A stretch of 64,000 nucleotides of DNA from Takakia lepidozioides (lineage: Eukaryota > Plantae > Bryophyta): assembly GCA_030704615.1 (NCBI GenBank), contig CM060731.1, forward strand, positions 33,046,001-33,110,000, written 5' to 3'. Both the position numbers and the translations under genes were made by a program. Every line of letters starts with the position of its first letter. Within the stretch, counting starts at the first letter, position 1. Below are positions 11,695-23,893 of this stretch, in pieces. Below the pieces are notes generated by a model. That model was given only the letters and a program-made list of their open reading frames with translations. It did no database searches and was not told where the DNA came from.

Positions 11695-14600
11695 ATTTGA
11701 ACAGTTGAAATGGCCATTTGAATAGTTGAAATCTTAATATGATTTAAAGGGCCTTCGTCCATTTTTTATTTTTATTTTCATTTTCATTTTTATTTATTTT
11801 TAAGAGTTAGAAAGAATTGCGCTAGTGTAGCTGGTACCAGACCCTGGCACATACGAGGCCCGTATGACTTTTCAAAGTTTGCTTAATACCATACCAGTCA
11901 TATTTTCACTTTGATACCATACCTTATACCATACCAAGCTATTAAATTTCTTTTGCTGAAATTGCATGGACTAATGCGGCAGTAAAGAATGACATCTTTA
12001 ATCTGCAAGGTTTCAATGTCTGAACATGCCTTTAATTTGGACCCTTAACAAAGTGTTCAGGAAGGTGACAGGGTTTTTGTTCTCCATCTCATCCCTGAAT
12101 TCAGTGAGTGCACTCACATTCACATAAACTTATGATGATTTGCAGCAGTGACCTTTGTCACACGTGCAATAGCGTAGCCAGAGGCTCTCTTATCTGCTGG
12201 TGCATACAGCATCAAAAACCCTTTAAATACACAATGTAGGCCTCCTTCCAATTTAGTTCTTACTGGGTAGCTTCTGACACTGCTTCCAGGCTGAAAATGG
12301 GGCTGTCCCCAGTTGCAGAATGTTGGAAGTAGGTCTGTTCTGCATGATTGGGTGTGGTACTAAAAGAAGGTTATTGGCGCTGGGTGGGCAGTGCTCAGAA
12401 GATCTGTCAAGTGTAGCATCAGTAACAACGTGGACCTTGCGCACCTCATTCCCAGAATATGTGATCACAACCATCTTGGTAAATGCTCTATCCTTAACGG
12501 TGTGGTCACTGAAAGGTGTTGGTGGCTCGAAATGAAACAGTGAAGTGAGGCTGTGCAGAGTCCATAGTGGATGTCTCAGTATGCTATGTGATCCTTTGTT
12601 ACTTGCAGTAATTTTCCTGCTCACTTATGAAATGTTGCTTACTTCTAGTCTACTTGATTTTCAACAGAAGAAGGGTGAGTCATGATAGTCTGTTGCACTA
12701 CATCTATGTTAATAAAAATATACTGCAGCGTGTTGTGAAAATCATGGGAAGGAAAGAGAGTTCCTACCCACACAATAGAAATGGAAATAGGGGCAAGGAT
12801 AGCTAGTTGAGAAGAAAGATGACTCCTAGGGGCATGGCCACAATGTGTGTCCCCTTGTTTTGAGGTGTCGGATTTGCATTGATCAGAAGCTGTGCAGAAT
12901 ATGCAGAACGAGAACAGAACAAGTTTTAGGTTGTTCAGCTGTATGTACTAGAACGTGTCAACTGCATGTGAAATATACATGTTGTTCTGTTTGTTTAAAG
13001 AGACAACTCTGACATTTTTGACATAGCTGTTTGTCGGTCTATTATGCCTTAAGATGAGATGCTTGGAGGTGGAGCCCCATTTTTCTGCTTACATTGGGTT
13101 TGACACAAGTTCACAATCTGGGTTTAGGGTTTATGCATCTATCTGCATCTAAGAGGTATGTAGTCTCTTGTTTTTCTTTTGATAGAATTGTACACACGGG
13201 GTTGACGAAGGAGAAGGTCAGAGCTATTCTTGAGTCTCTGAGCTTGAAGCAAAATCTTTGCTAGTCAAGGTGCTTTCTGTTGTGGTACAAATGGGGTTAT
13301 GCAGGATGGTGAGGCCAGGCTTTTTATGAACTGAATAATGAGTCTGTGTCCACAGAACTTGAGAATGGCACCTTCATGTGTGGTCATTTTTCCCCGTGCA
13401 AATGCAGTTGTGGATGTTCATCATGAAAGGCTATTTGTAGTTCAGCTCTTTCCCAAAGTTCAGCTGACAAAGTTGCTTCAACAGTATGCTACTTTGATGA
13501 AAGACCATTCCATCTCTGATGCAGATGGCTGTGGCCTCTCCCCTGATACCCTGAATGCCACATTCTCAGCTCTGATTGCTCTTCTTAAAGCACCTTGTTG
13601 TTCCAGCACTCCATCAATTATTAAGATGCATCATCATGTGTGTAGAAAATGACACTTCAAGGTACATTTGGTGCCTAATAGGCCCCAAGCTAACATGAAT
13701 GAATATACAAAGACACTCAATCTCAGTTTCTTTTGCACACTGTCCCACTTTACTCACTTCAAAATTACTAAGTTTGATCAGACATCAGTGTGTGAAACAA
13801 AAACAGGGTGACTCCTCTTACTCTTCAGAGAACTGATTGTCACTGGTATGGTGGGTGAGGACCTTCAACTATGGATTAGCTACCTCATACAATGGGAAAT
13901 AGTAGGTTGAAGTATGAATGTAGAAGATGAAGAAACAATTCAATGGTATAGTCTTAGTTTCGAGGCTCGATTTCAGAGCAACTAAAGCAGACTGCTTTTG
14001 AGTTCATCAGTGTTTTGATTGACCAAATTACCTCATGTGGACAACTCATCAGAGGAGCTATACCAAACTTGCCCTCTGATCCAAGAGTTTCTCTAGTTTC
14101 TCTGATCATAGAGTTCTCAAAGTCCCTGGTCAAAATTTCTTGTTTGGAGTTGTATTGCATTTTTCTTCAAATGTTTATTTAAATACATATTCAAAATTTG
14201 AATTTCAATATAAGTTTTTAGATAAATCCTTCCATTTTATTTTTGGAGTGAGTGTAAAGTGGAAATCCATTCGAACGTGACTAAATGACCTCAATGGTTT
14301 TAGATGTTTTTTATTTAATCAATCACTATCAAACTTATGAGAGAAAAAAATGCATGCCTAGTGATTTATTAGCAGGTAGTTTTTTTTAATTTTTTTGTGG
14401 AAACAGAAGACAGGGCCCCTGAAATTCCATTTAATAAAGGTGGCGGGAGAGAAAAATCATCTTCAGGGGGGCTTAAAGCGTATCACATGGGGAACACCCG
14501 AAACGAACGAAGTGGGCAGACACAAAGTGACAGAAATCAAGTGGCCAGGACTACACTAGGAAACAACCCCGTGAGGCTGGGGAGGAAACGAGCACTAAGA

Positions 14601-14865
14601 AGCCAACAACAATGGCACACAACCTTACACCATGTTTGAGATTTAATCCCAACAGAACAGTTGTGCTCAATTTTTCTCTTTTTTCTTTTTTCTAAACAGA
14701 ACTGGGGGATTGTAGCCTTGATAAACTTTATTACAATTTATTGTGGGGAAAAAAATTAAAACCCAGATTACACCATGAGGCATACACACCGTGATCAGTG
14801 TTCTAAGAACCATACATCCCCCAATGGGGATCATGCCTATGAAACAAAACCAAGGCACACTGCCC

Positions 14866-16487
14866 GCGGACGCTAAACCGTGAGCGGTTAGCTGGAAATC
14901 ATGAGCCCATAATATAAAATTTATATGATTATAAGCATGGATGGTCGTCAAAATATTAAGAAATGGGACGTATTTTTGCCGATTATTGCAAAAATGACAA
15001 TATGAGGGTCGTTGTCCATGTTTTGTAAGAACAAAAATTAAATAAAATAAATTAAAAACCACTGTTGTCTGGTATGCGCCGGCGCATACAAAATATGAGG
15101 GCAATTGTCCCTGTTTTGTAAGACAAAAATTTAAATTATTTTTAAAAACAAATATTTTAAAAACAAAATCCCCTCTATTGTAAAATTAAAAATTAAAAAC
15201 TTTTTTAAAAATAAAAATGAAAATTTAAAAACATTGTCTTAAAACAAAATCACTGTTGTCTGATATGCGGCGCATATGAGGGCCACTGTCCCCTGTTTTG
15301 TAAAATTAAAAATTAAAAAACAATAATAAATGAAAATAAAAAATTATTAATAAAATAAAATAAAAACAAAACATTGTTGTCTCATATGCGCCAGCGCATA
15401 TGAGGGCCACTGTCCCCTGTTTTGTAGGAAAAAATTTAAAAACTTTTAAGAAAATAAAATTTTAAATTTAAAAAAAAAATTATAAAAAAACACTTGCACT
15501 GGCGCATATGAGGGCCAGTGTCCCATGTTTTCTCAGAAAAAAATAAAAAATAAAACATTGAATTTTTTTATTTAAAAAAAAAAAAAAACTGTTGCCTGAT
15601 ATGCCGCGGTGCATATGAGGGCCACTGTCCCCTGTTTTGTAAAAAATGAATTAAAAACATTTAAAAAATGAAAATTGAAACATTAATTGTTTTTTGAAAA
15701 AAACACTGTTGTCTGATATGCGCCGGCGCATACGAAATATGAGGGCCACTGTTCCTTGTTTTGTAAAAAAATTAAATTTAAAATTGTTTTTAAAAAATAT
15801 TTTTAAAACAAAAAACTGTTGTCTGGTATGCGCCGGCGTATACGAAATATGTGGGCCATTGTCCCTTGTTTTGCAAACAAAAAAAACAAAAAAAACAAAC
15901 CCATGAAATTGTTCTGAGATTCATTCATGTTGAGGTTGGCCTGCTGCACAGAAGCTCCACGACTTTGTCTTCCTACTAATTTCATCCGATCCTCTCAAAC
16001 AATCAACCTTTAGAGACATTGCCCACTTCACCTCTCTAGCGTCCGCTATCGTCCCTCCCTCCCTGGCTCTATCGGATTCTTTCCCTCTATGATTGCATAT
16101 GAATTATTGGGTGTGTACATATGGCGGGATTGCATACGTACGTACATGCACGACGTAGTCACATTCATCTACGCAGAGGGCTATTCATTCACATCCACTA
16201 TTTCATCCCGGACATCCCGGATAATGTTCCATTCAAATACAACGATATTCATCCATTTCCTAGCATGGAAGGACTTGGTACGTAAACCACGTCTAAATGG
16301 ATGAAACTGATGGATGGAATGGATGTAACAGATGTCATCTGTAATGACTGAATAGGGTTAATCAATCCGCGGAAATAGGCCCTGCAAGTTTGGAATTCCA
16401 TGTTGACGTGGCGTGAGCTTCTGCTGGGCTCACGAGCTCCTGGGCTCACATGCTCATGCCTCCAGGCTCACGGAATAGCAACCCTCA
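14866..16487. mobile_element. Non-autonomous Mutator-like element, copy 1
   Basis: Flanked by a 10-bp direct repeat CACACTGCCC (14856-14865 and 16488-16497). Degenerate TIRs GCTAAACCGTGAGC / GCTCACGGAATAGC. Subterminal CCGCGG and ATGGATGA motifs are shared with copies 2 and 3. Confidence 0.75.
15000..15875 (+). repeat. Array of about 7-8 copies of a ~60-bp GC-containing motif separated by A/T-rich spacers
   Basis: Consensus CTGTTGTCTG(A/G)TATGCGCCGGCGCATA...TATGAGGGCCACTGTCCCCTGTTTTGTA at ~15061, 15252, 15374, 15498, 15589, 15706 and 15815. Confidence 0.9.
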
Positions 16488-16849
16488 CACACTGCCCAAG
16501 ACATCAGACTATTCATAAACATAGGGCTACCTACTGTTGGAGTTCCCAACACAAACCAACAATAAGGGGATGAGGGATGTTCAAAGTAACTAGGCCATTG
16601 ACCTTTCCATAAGCAGAATGGATGATCTATCTATAATTAAGCCTCGAGGCTGTCGTGGAAGGCTTGAGATGCTTCCAATTAACCTCGCGCTCAAACTCAG
16701 GGGAAAGAATGGAAGGGGCATGGTGATCTCGCCAAGCTGGTGGAGGTTTAGGATCAGGATTATCCTACATGCAGGCCGTTGATGTGAATGGTCTGTAATC
16801 AGAGGAAAATGTACTAGTTATCGAAAGCAAGATCACCCTTCTCAACTAA

Positions 16850-18540
16850 AATTCATAGATGACTTGGTTCTTTTCATTGCAAATGGCTATGAGTCTTTAT
16901 ATGTTGTAGAATCCCCTTGGTTGTGTAGATTGGTTATGCGCAGGGATCCCAAGATTAGATTTCCCACCAGAAAAGCCCTAGTGAAAGAGCACATCCCTCA
17001 TATGCTAGCGAACAGACATGCATAGAGCTGTATGTTTTGAATGCTCTTGCTACCTATGCCACTACTAGCTAGTAGCGTGACATTCAACTTGTGGACGTTA
17101 AAGGCAGAGTTGGATACCTTTTCCCTTGTAGTTAACTTTATTGATGATCAGTGGCAGCCACAACATGTATTGTGGGCTTGTTCAAGGCACTAGACACTAC
17201 CGGGTCTGCTTTGGCTGGTCTTGTAAAACCCCTGCTTGCCCAACAAAAATTGACAGACAAAAAACTAGCCTACGTTAAGGATGAGGGGTCAAACCTTGTT
17301 ACTCTTGCTTCTGTTCTGTCAACCGTGGTCACGTGTGCCCCATTACAGCTGCAAACTCTTTTGCTGCAGGTCATGTTGTTGTTTTGGTCATGTTCTCTTG
17401 AAAGCTTGTCAGAATGCTACTAATGATACCAAGGTTTATGCGGGTATGAAAGAAGTGTCCTTGAAGAATGCTCGGTCTGCACTCCAGAAAACCATCACAT
17501 GGACGAAGAAGTCTGGGAAGGGGCCGTCAAGAGTGGGATCGAGCTTGCATTGACACATGTCTGCAGCCTACCAGAAAGCTCAAGATGCCAGTAAAAACAA
17601 GGTTCGCCAGCAAAGTTGACATGTTATTTTAGAAAACATTGGCTTACGCAAATGCGATTTAACATTCGTTATGGCAGGCAGAGTTTGTTGCTACAGGCTC
17701 GGGTGCCTTCTGGCCTAACATGGACCATAGCTCGTGCTGTGATGGAGACCTTGTATCCCCTTGTAACTCAGTGTGTTCTAAACCAGACCCGTGGGTACTG
17801 GTTGTTGTCCGATGCTTGCACGCAGCTATTATAATCTCCATTAAGTTAACAGGTGAGGCAAACCGACGTGCAGAGGCTGTCCGAGACTTACGCTATGGAG
17901 ACTCAGATTTAGAATTTGAGATCCTGTATTGCAGAACGGCTCAGGAGGCTGAGAATGTACTGAAGTTTTTTCTTGCATTTGTTGTTTCTTTTCAAGCTGA
18001 TAAGGCTCACAACATGGTGTACTTATGCTTGATCCAAGCTTCAAGGGATTACAGTGTGTGACTGAGTTCATTGGAAGGGACAGAACCAAATTGATTGTTG
18101 TTCACGATTATGACAATATGGTTGTAATCATTTGCTTGTGAAAGCTTGTAAATTTTTGAATCCAGGTGTACCAATCGTTGTAGGCCCAGCACAAGATGCA
18201 CATGTTGATTCTCTATTTGATACTCCTACATATGAAGCAAAGTTCAAACGATGGTTTGCTGCGGTTAGAGTTGTCATTTTTTCAACGACTTGCTGTGAAG
18301 GAAGAAGAAGCAGTTTCTCCTTTGCAATGGTGGAAAGAAAATGCTTCAAGGTTCCCCAATGTGTTATTCTTGGCCAAATAGATTTTAGCCATCCCCGGCA
18401 GCCAGATCGAGACTAAATGTATTTTTTAAGTGGCAGGAGTCCTCACTAGTTTACGTCACTGCAGATTAGGGGTAAGATATTTGGATATTTGGATGCTATA
18501 ATTATGATTTACAAGAATTGGCCAAGTGATGCACGTATGT
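16850..18540 (+). mobile_element. Decayed hAT transposase (many frameshifts and stops)
   Basis: Fragments: LVVNFIDDQWQP, AYVKDEGSNL, CFGHVLLKACQ, PVKTRFAS, and the hAT C-terminal dimerisation signature PLQWWKENASRFPNVLFLAK*ILAIPGSQIETKCIF*VAG. Confidence 0.85.
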
Positions 18541-19409
18541 GTTGCCCGCTAGCTACGCAATCAGTTTCAGAATATTATTTTGCAGAAGCTGAGTTGCTAG
18601 ATGAGTGTGAAAATGAGCTGGGGGAGGTTGGCTTGTTGGAAGAAGAGTAGAGTGCTCTGATTTGCCATCCAGAAATCTGTCCAAATTATACTTGTCATGA
18701 AGAATTTCTACCATGGAGCCTGTATTGATACCAATATTGATATACCCCCAGTATAAGTTTTGAAATTTGCAGAACTGGTACCATACCATACCAAGCCAAA
18801 CAAAAACAATGTACATACCAGACTGGTACATTAAAATTTTAGTATCTACTTTGATAACATGGGGATTGCTATTCCGTGAGCAGAAAATACTATGAGTAGA
18901 ATTTTGCTCACAGTCCTCGGAATTAGAATTCAGGGTTGGGCCTATTACCGCGGTGCGTCAACTCCTAGAAGCCTTAGTGCCGCGGGGCTTAACTGCCGAA
19001 AATGGGAGCTTAGTATTCCTGGAGTGTGACTAAGGCTAGTTGGCAATAAGATTGGTGAGTGGATGAATGATGGATGAATGATGGATGAATGTGATATGAT
19101 AAAAATCTGGATGAAAGTAGAGTGGATGAATGTAAAATATCGATTCCAGTCCGCTTATCGCGTAAGGAAGGTAAAAGACTTGAAGAGGGAAGAAGTTGCT
19201 TTGGAGGAGAGAGGGGGCGATGCTGCTTTCCGTGTATGATGGCCAACAGGTTTCGTCTGCAGCAATCTCACAAGAGGATTCCTTCTCGGCGCATCAGCTT
19301 TTCTACCCATGGGACACAATGGTTTTTGTTGGTAGAAATGCTAATGTGTTGAGTAGGAATCATGACTTGGGAAGTGTGCACGTAAGCTGTGGTATCCTGT
19401 GGATGCCTT

Positions 19410-19775
19410 TCTAGAAAGGCTTTATGCACAACGTTGTGCTAACCCCACTTTGCCATGACGTCTGCAGGCACAAAGCAAGGCCCCCTACACCAACATGTCT
19501 GGGTCCATTAATGGTAGTTTGGCAATCAAATCGCCTGCCTCATCCAATATCCCCGGGCGGCCAAGAACCTCCACCATGACTAGTAGTCCCACATGACTGC
19601 AAGTAGAGATAAGTGGAATAAATGTGATATTGTCTGATGTATGATGCAATTCCTGCTTTTTGAATGAGGTGAGCATGGGTTTGCTTGCCCTTCCCTAGGT
19701 ATCCAAGGTTGGCACATACATTGACTCCGCTAATGAAAGTGACCATGATCGGTCGCACCCCTTTCTGTGACCAGC
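19410..19775 (-). pseudogene. Captured PLS-class PPR fragments (L, L2, S2, E1 motifs) with deletions and stops
   Basis: KGVRPIMVTFISGVNVCANLGYLGKGKQTHAHLI; DNITFIPLISTCSHVGL; MVEVLGRPGILDEAGDLIAKLP...GALLCACRRHGKV. Confidence 0.85.
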
Positions 19776-19865
19776 CGATGTTGCATCCTGTGTTCCATCT
19801 CCACTGAATGAATTTGCTCGACCACATCACAGAGAGCCATTGCAATGGTATGTCTGAATGGCTAC

Positions 19866-20162
19866 CTGTCTGGGTCTGGATTAAGATGGCATTGACGCCA
19901 GCTTAATCTCCACCCTCTAAGCTCAAGGAAACTGAAAAAACAAGAAAAAAAAAAAAAAAAAAAAAAACAACCACTGAAGTCCTACCGTCTGTTTGTCTGT
20001 TTTTGTACCTGTCTGTCTGGGTCTGGATTAAGATGGTGTTGATGCCAGCTTAATCTCCACCCCTCTAAGAACAAGAAAATTGACAAACAAAAAAACAACC
20101 ACTCAAGAACCCTGTCTGTCTGGGTCTGGATCAACGCCAGCTTAATCTCCACCCCTCTAAGC
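19866..20162 (+). repeat. Three copies of a ~50-bp repeat with A-rich spacers inside MULE copy 2
   Basis: CTGTCTGGGTCTGGAT...GCCAGCTTAATCTCCACCC(C)TCTAAG at ~19866, 20013 and 20116. Confidence 0.85.
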
Positions 20163-21220
20163 AGAAGGATATTGAAAAACAGAAAAGCAGCAACCAAAAA
20201 AAAACATCAAAAAAAAAAAATCAGATTTGGAGATCGGTCCCCGCTTACAATCTGCTCACGCTTAAGGGATTATGCTCACGGGTTCTGCTCACACGGTAGC
20301 TGCCTTCTGATAACATCACCTGCCAAGTATGAAGAAGGCCTCTTCACCGATAATACCCGACCTTGGCTGATATGAAATATTTATGACACCGGTCCAATAC
20401 TGGTTAGAACCAGTGTTGTGCAGGTATATTGTTCTAAACATACCCTCCGGGTCCAACCCTCTTGGTTAGGGTATACTATATTTTCAAACTGGTTCAGATA
20501 AGGCTATATACTGCTGGAGGAATCTGGAGGGTATAAATAAATAGTAAAAATCCTCATATATATCCTGAGGGTATAAATAAGTATCGAGTAAAGTTAAATG
20601 AATTTATTTCTGTTGTTTATTCAGCTATATATTCAAGATATATGAGTGATATACTCAACAATGCTTACAATATTGATAAAAGAATCAAGGGATAACCTTC
20701 ATACCTACATAACACAACTTTATGAACTCCAAAAACTAAGATTTGTAGAGGACCGGGGTGGAGCACAAGGTATTTTGGAAGTGCTACAAGAGATTGGGGG
20801 TCGGCCAAGCTTGAATACAGGGCGGGTGGAGAAGAGTGGGGCCCATCAATTATCAATTGAGGTGGTTGAGAAGATTACCTATAGCACGGTTGGCTCAAAG
20901 CAATTGAGAAAGGGTTAAGGTGGGATAATGATTTACTATTTACCAATTACCATTTATCATTTAATTATAAATAATATCAAACCACTAATTACTAAATATC
21001 AACTATAATTACCATTTTTTTACCATTTTTTTAAAATAAATGGTAACTGGTATATTTATCATTTACCAATTAAATAGAAATTATTCCATTATCCCACCAT
21101 TATCCCACCATTTGATTTCCTAACTGATAAATCAATACTCAATAACCTGGAAAAAAAAAAAAAAAAAAAAAAACTGACCTTCCCACTGGATCACAATTAC
21201 AATTGATATTATTATTACTA

Positions 21221-21848
21221 CTAGGGTAGCCTGTGTTGTTGGCCCAAGTGTCCAGTGTCATCTTAGTCCAAGTGCAATCCCCTATGTATGCAAGTGCGTC
21301 TGCTATGTCGAGGCCCAAATGCGACCTCTAGGGTAACCTGTGCCGTTGGCCCAAGTGTCCAGTGTCATCTAAGCCCAAGTGTAAGATCTTATATGTATCC
21401 CAATGCGTCTGCTATGTTGAGGCCCAAATGCGACCTCTAGGGTAGCCTGTGCCGTTGGCCCAAGTGTCCAGAGTCATCTAAGCCCAAGTGTAAGATCTTC
21501 TATGTATCCAAGTGCGTCTCCTATGTCGAGGCCCAAGTGCGACCTCTAGGGTAGCATGTACCTTCGGCCCATCTCTGAAGAGTTGAAATCTAAGACCAAG
21601 TGCAATTTCCTATGTATCCATTGATTTCTTTCCTTAAATATTATTTTCTCTTATGTGACCACATTGACCACTTTGCCGAACGGCCATAGAATCCCAATGC
21701 GTCTCCTATGTCAAGGCCCATCAAGTGCAATCTTCTATTCATTTATCCAAGTGCATCTCCCATGTAGAGGCCCAAGTGTCTAGTGTCATCTAACCCCAAG
21801 TGCAATCTCCTATGTATCCAAGTACGTTTGGGCGTATGTCAAGGCCCG
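21221..21848 (+). repeat. Tandem minisatellite, unit 107-109 bp, 3 good copies plus decayed copies
   Basis: CTAGGGTA(G/A)C starts at 21221, 21328, 21437 and 21546; the unit is built from CCCAAGTG sub-repeats. Confidence 0.9.
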
Positions 21849-22154
21849 ATTCATTTTTTTTCATGAATTAATTGAGTAGTAATGTATCCAATCATTATTG
21901 ATATATCTCCCGTCGAGGCTCCAATCATTACAGGAAAGCCCACTTTGCTATTTTTCACAAATTTTCAGCAACCAAAAGTACTTGAAAATCCACATCTCCC
22001 ACACCGTAGGTCCAAAAATCATGAGATTAAGCCGGTGCACCCCTTCTCATCGAGGGTTTCCAACGGTACCAAGCACCAGGGTTGGGCCCTTGCGGTTTGG
22101 GACATCTCAACCCTACAAAACAAAACAAACGTCTCACTTTATATATTGATCGCT

Positions 22155-22245
22155 ACTAATATCATTATCACTATCATCACTATCATTATTACTATCACTA
22201 TTATTGTTATTATTATTATCACTATTATTACTGGCCTTATTACTG
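22155..22245 (+). repeat. Imperfect (ATT/ATC/ACT)n trinucleotide microsatellite
   Basis: Directly visible; gives the Ile/Thr run in ORF 21882-22340. Confidence 0.85.
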
Positions 22246-22545
22246 TGTCGTATGGAGGCTTATGTCGCAACAATACTGGTATCAACTGCAATCTTGTCCA
22301 TCACAATACTAGCTCGGTATGGTACTCTAAATTGCAATAGAAAACAAGATATGTATTGCCCCTAGTATGGTATTGCCCGGGGTATTGGCCACCCTACCTA
22401 CCAGCCGGGTATGGTCTTTGATATCAGTATTGATACCCAGGTTGGACTTATATACCAGTCCAACACTAGTAAATTCTCCAAATTTGCTCTACTAAGATCA
22501 ACGCTCCTAAAATGTCCTGCAGTTTTACTTGGATCCAATTTCCTG

Positions 22546-23893
22546 GGAGGATGCTAGTCCGTGAGCAGCTCACATGAGCGGGAACATCCGTGAGCGGAGA
22601 TTCTGCTCACGTTTCTGGATGAAGTCAAAGCAAGGGGCCTATACCCGCGGACAATGCCTCATAAGGCCTATTTCCGCGGGCTTGAGTTCACAAATTTCGG
22701 GCAGTACTATCTAATTTTTTGGAACATGTTTGTGACAATGGATGAATAGTGGATGAATGTTGGATGAATGATGGACGGAAAACTGCATGATGAATGAGGA
22801 ATGGATGATTGAAATATTTTTTCCATCCAAGAGACAACAAATCCCTAATTTGCGAATCGTGAAATTCTCCTCATATCTTCCAGATGCGATGTGATCTTCT
22901 CCTCAACTCTTCTAGGTGCCAGTTGTTCTTGTCTTTGTAGTTCACTTACCCCTGTACGTAGCTTGTGAAGTTGAATGGCGATGAGGTTGGCGTGCTTCTG
23001 CTTGTAAATCAACTCATTCATCCTACCAATATAAATAGGGCATATTGTGAGAAGAAGGGTTGATTGACAATCGGAGGCATGAGAACTTCATTACATTTTT
23101 TCCATGAAATATGCACCACGGAGTAAAGATTTTAATGAAATTTTGTGCATACATAGGGGATCGGGGACGGGGGCTCAGGTCCAGGCAATTCCCCAATTGT
23201 CCAGACATTGCCTGACACTCCAAAACCCAGGGGTGATGCAGTGTCAGAGATGCTTGAGGTGCCGCAAGCATCTTGTCTGGCTCTCCAACAAGATGCTTGC
23301 GGCACCGCAAGCATCTTCCCTCGCTACCCTTGTTAGGCAGCCCCAGATGATGCTTGCGATAACGTAAGCACCATCACTCGTACCATCAGTAGAAAGAAAC
23401 ACCACAAATAAAAACAACAGGAGGGAACTCCATACATGTACATCACTAGTTTCATAGCTTTTTTTCCACCAACCTAGTTGTCGAAGTCATGCGATCTCAA
23501 GATGGCTCCTTCCCTAGCAAACTCTATGAAGAACCCATACTTCCACACCAAACCTTTCCACTTCCAAATATATGCCTCGAACGATGGTCAGGCTTGACAA
23601 TCTTGAATGAGATCAATCTTGTTTCGCAATCTATCTTTTTTCAGTCATTCATCCAGTATTTTTTCATCACACATTCATCCAAATCCAATCTTTCATTCAT
23701 CCAATACTTTTTCATCCCACATTGCATGCATGGAGCTCGGTAGCTTTGGTCACAGGCAGCAAGTAATTTGCGTCCACAACAACATGCCTTGTTTCTCCCC
23801 CGGTTATAGCTGGCTCATTTTCCCTAATGTGCTCACGCTTAGTGTGCAAAGCGTGAGCTTGCTCGCGTGAGCTGCTCATACACTAGCTTCTCC
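22546..23893. mobile_element. Non-autonomous Mutator-like element, copy 3
   Basis: ~34-bp TIRs GGAGGATGCTAGTCCGTGAGCAGCTCACATGAGC versus reverse-complement GGAGAAGCTAGTGTATGAGCAGCTCACGCGAGC. GGATGAAT clusters on the left and ATTCATCC clusters on the right. No clean TSD. Confidence 0.7.

Larger units (their letters stand above)
18861..20307. mobile_element. Non-autonomous Mutator-like element, copy 2, carrying PPR gene fragments (Pack-MULE)
   Basis: Perfect 9-bp TSD TGATAACAT (18852-18860 and 20308-20316). G...C termini with GCTA...GTGAGCAGAA inverted motifs. Internal PPR-coding remnants. Confidence 0.85.
20411..22468. mobile_element. Probable non-autonomous hAT-like element
   Basis: Imperfect TIRs: CAGTGTTGTGCAGGTATAT versus the reverse complement of the right end, TAGTGTTGGACTGGTATAT. 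ATACC/GGTAT subterminal motifs. No matching TSD. Confidence 0.5.

Noticed and set aside
14390-14640. Possible 3' end of an L1-type retroelement on the minus strand (similar hints near 6000-6530 and 24885-25320)
   Set aside because: Only T-tracts and vague composition; no diagnostic coding motif or TSD.
15000-15875. CRISPR-like look (palindromic repeats with variable spacers)
   Set aside because: Spacers are low-complexity A/T tracts of uneven length, there are no cas genes, and the array lies inside a eukaryotic transposon.
11823-18833. Single large hAT element spanning the transposase
   Set aside because: The ends share only TA(G/A)TGTA and ATACC motifs, and the 8-bp flanks do not match, so the boundaries are unsupported.
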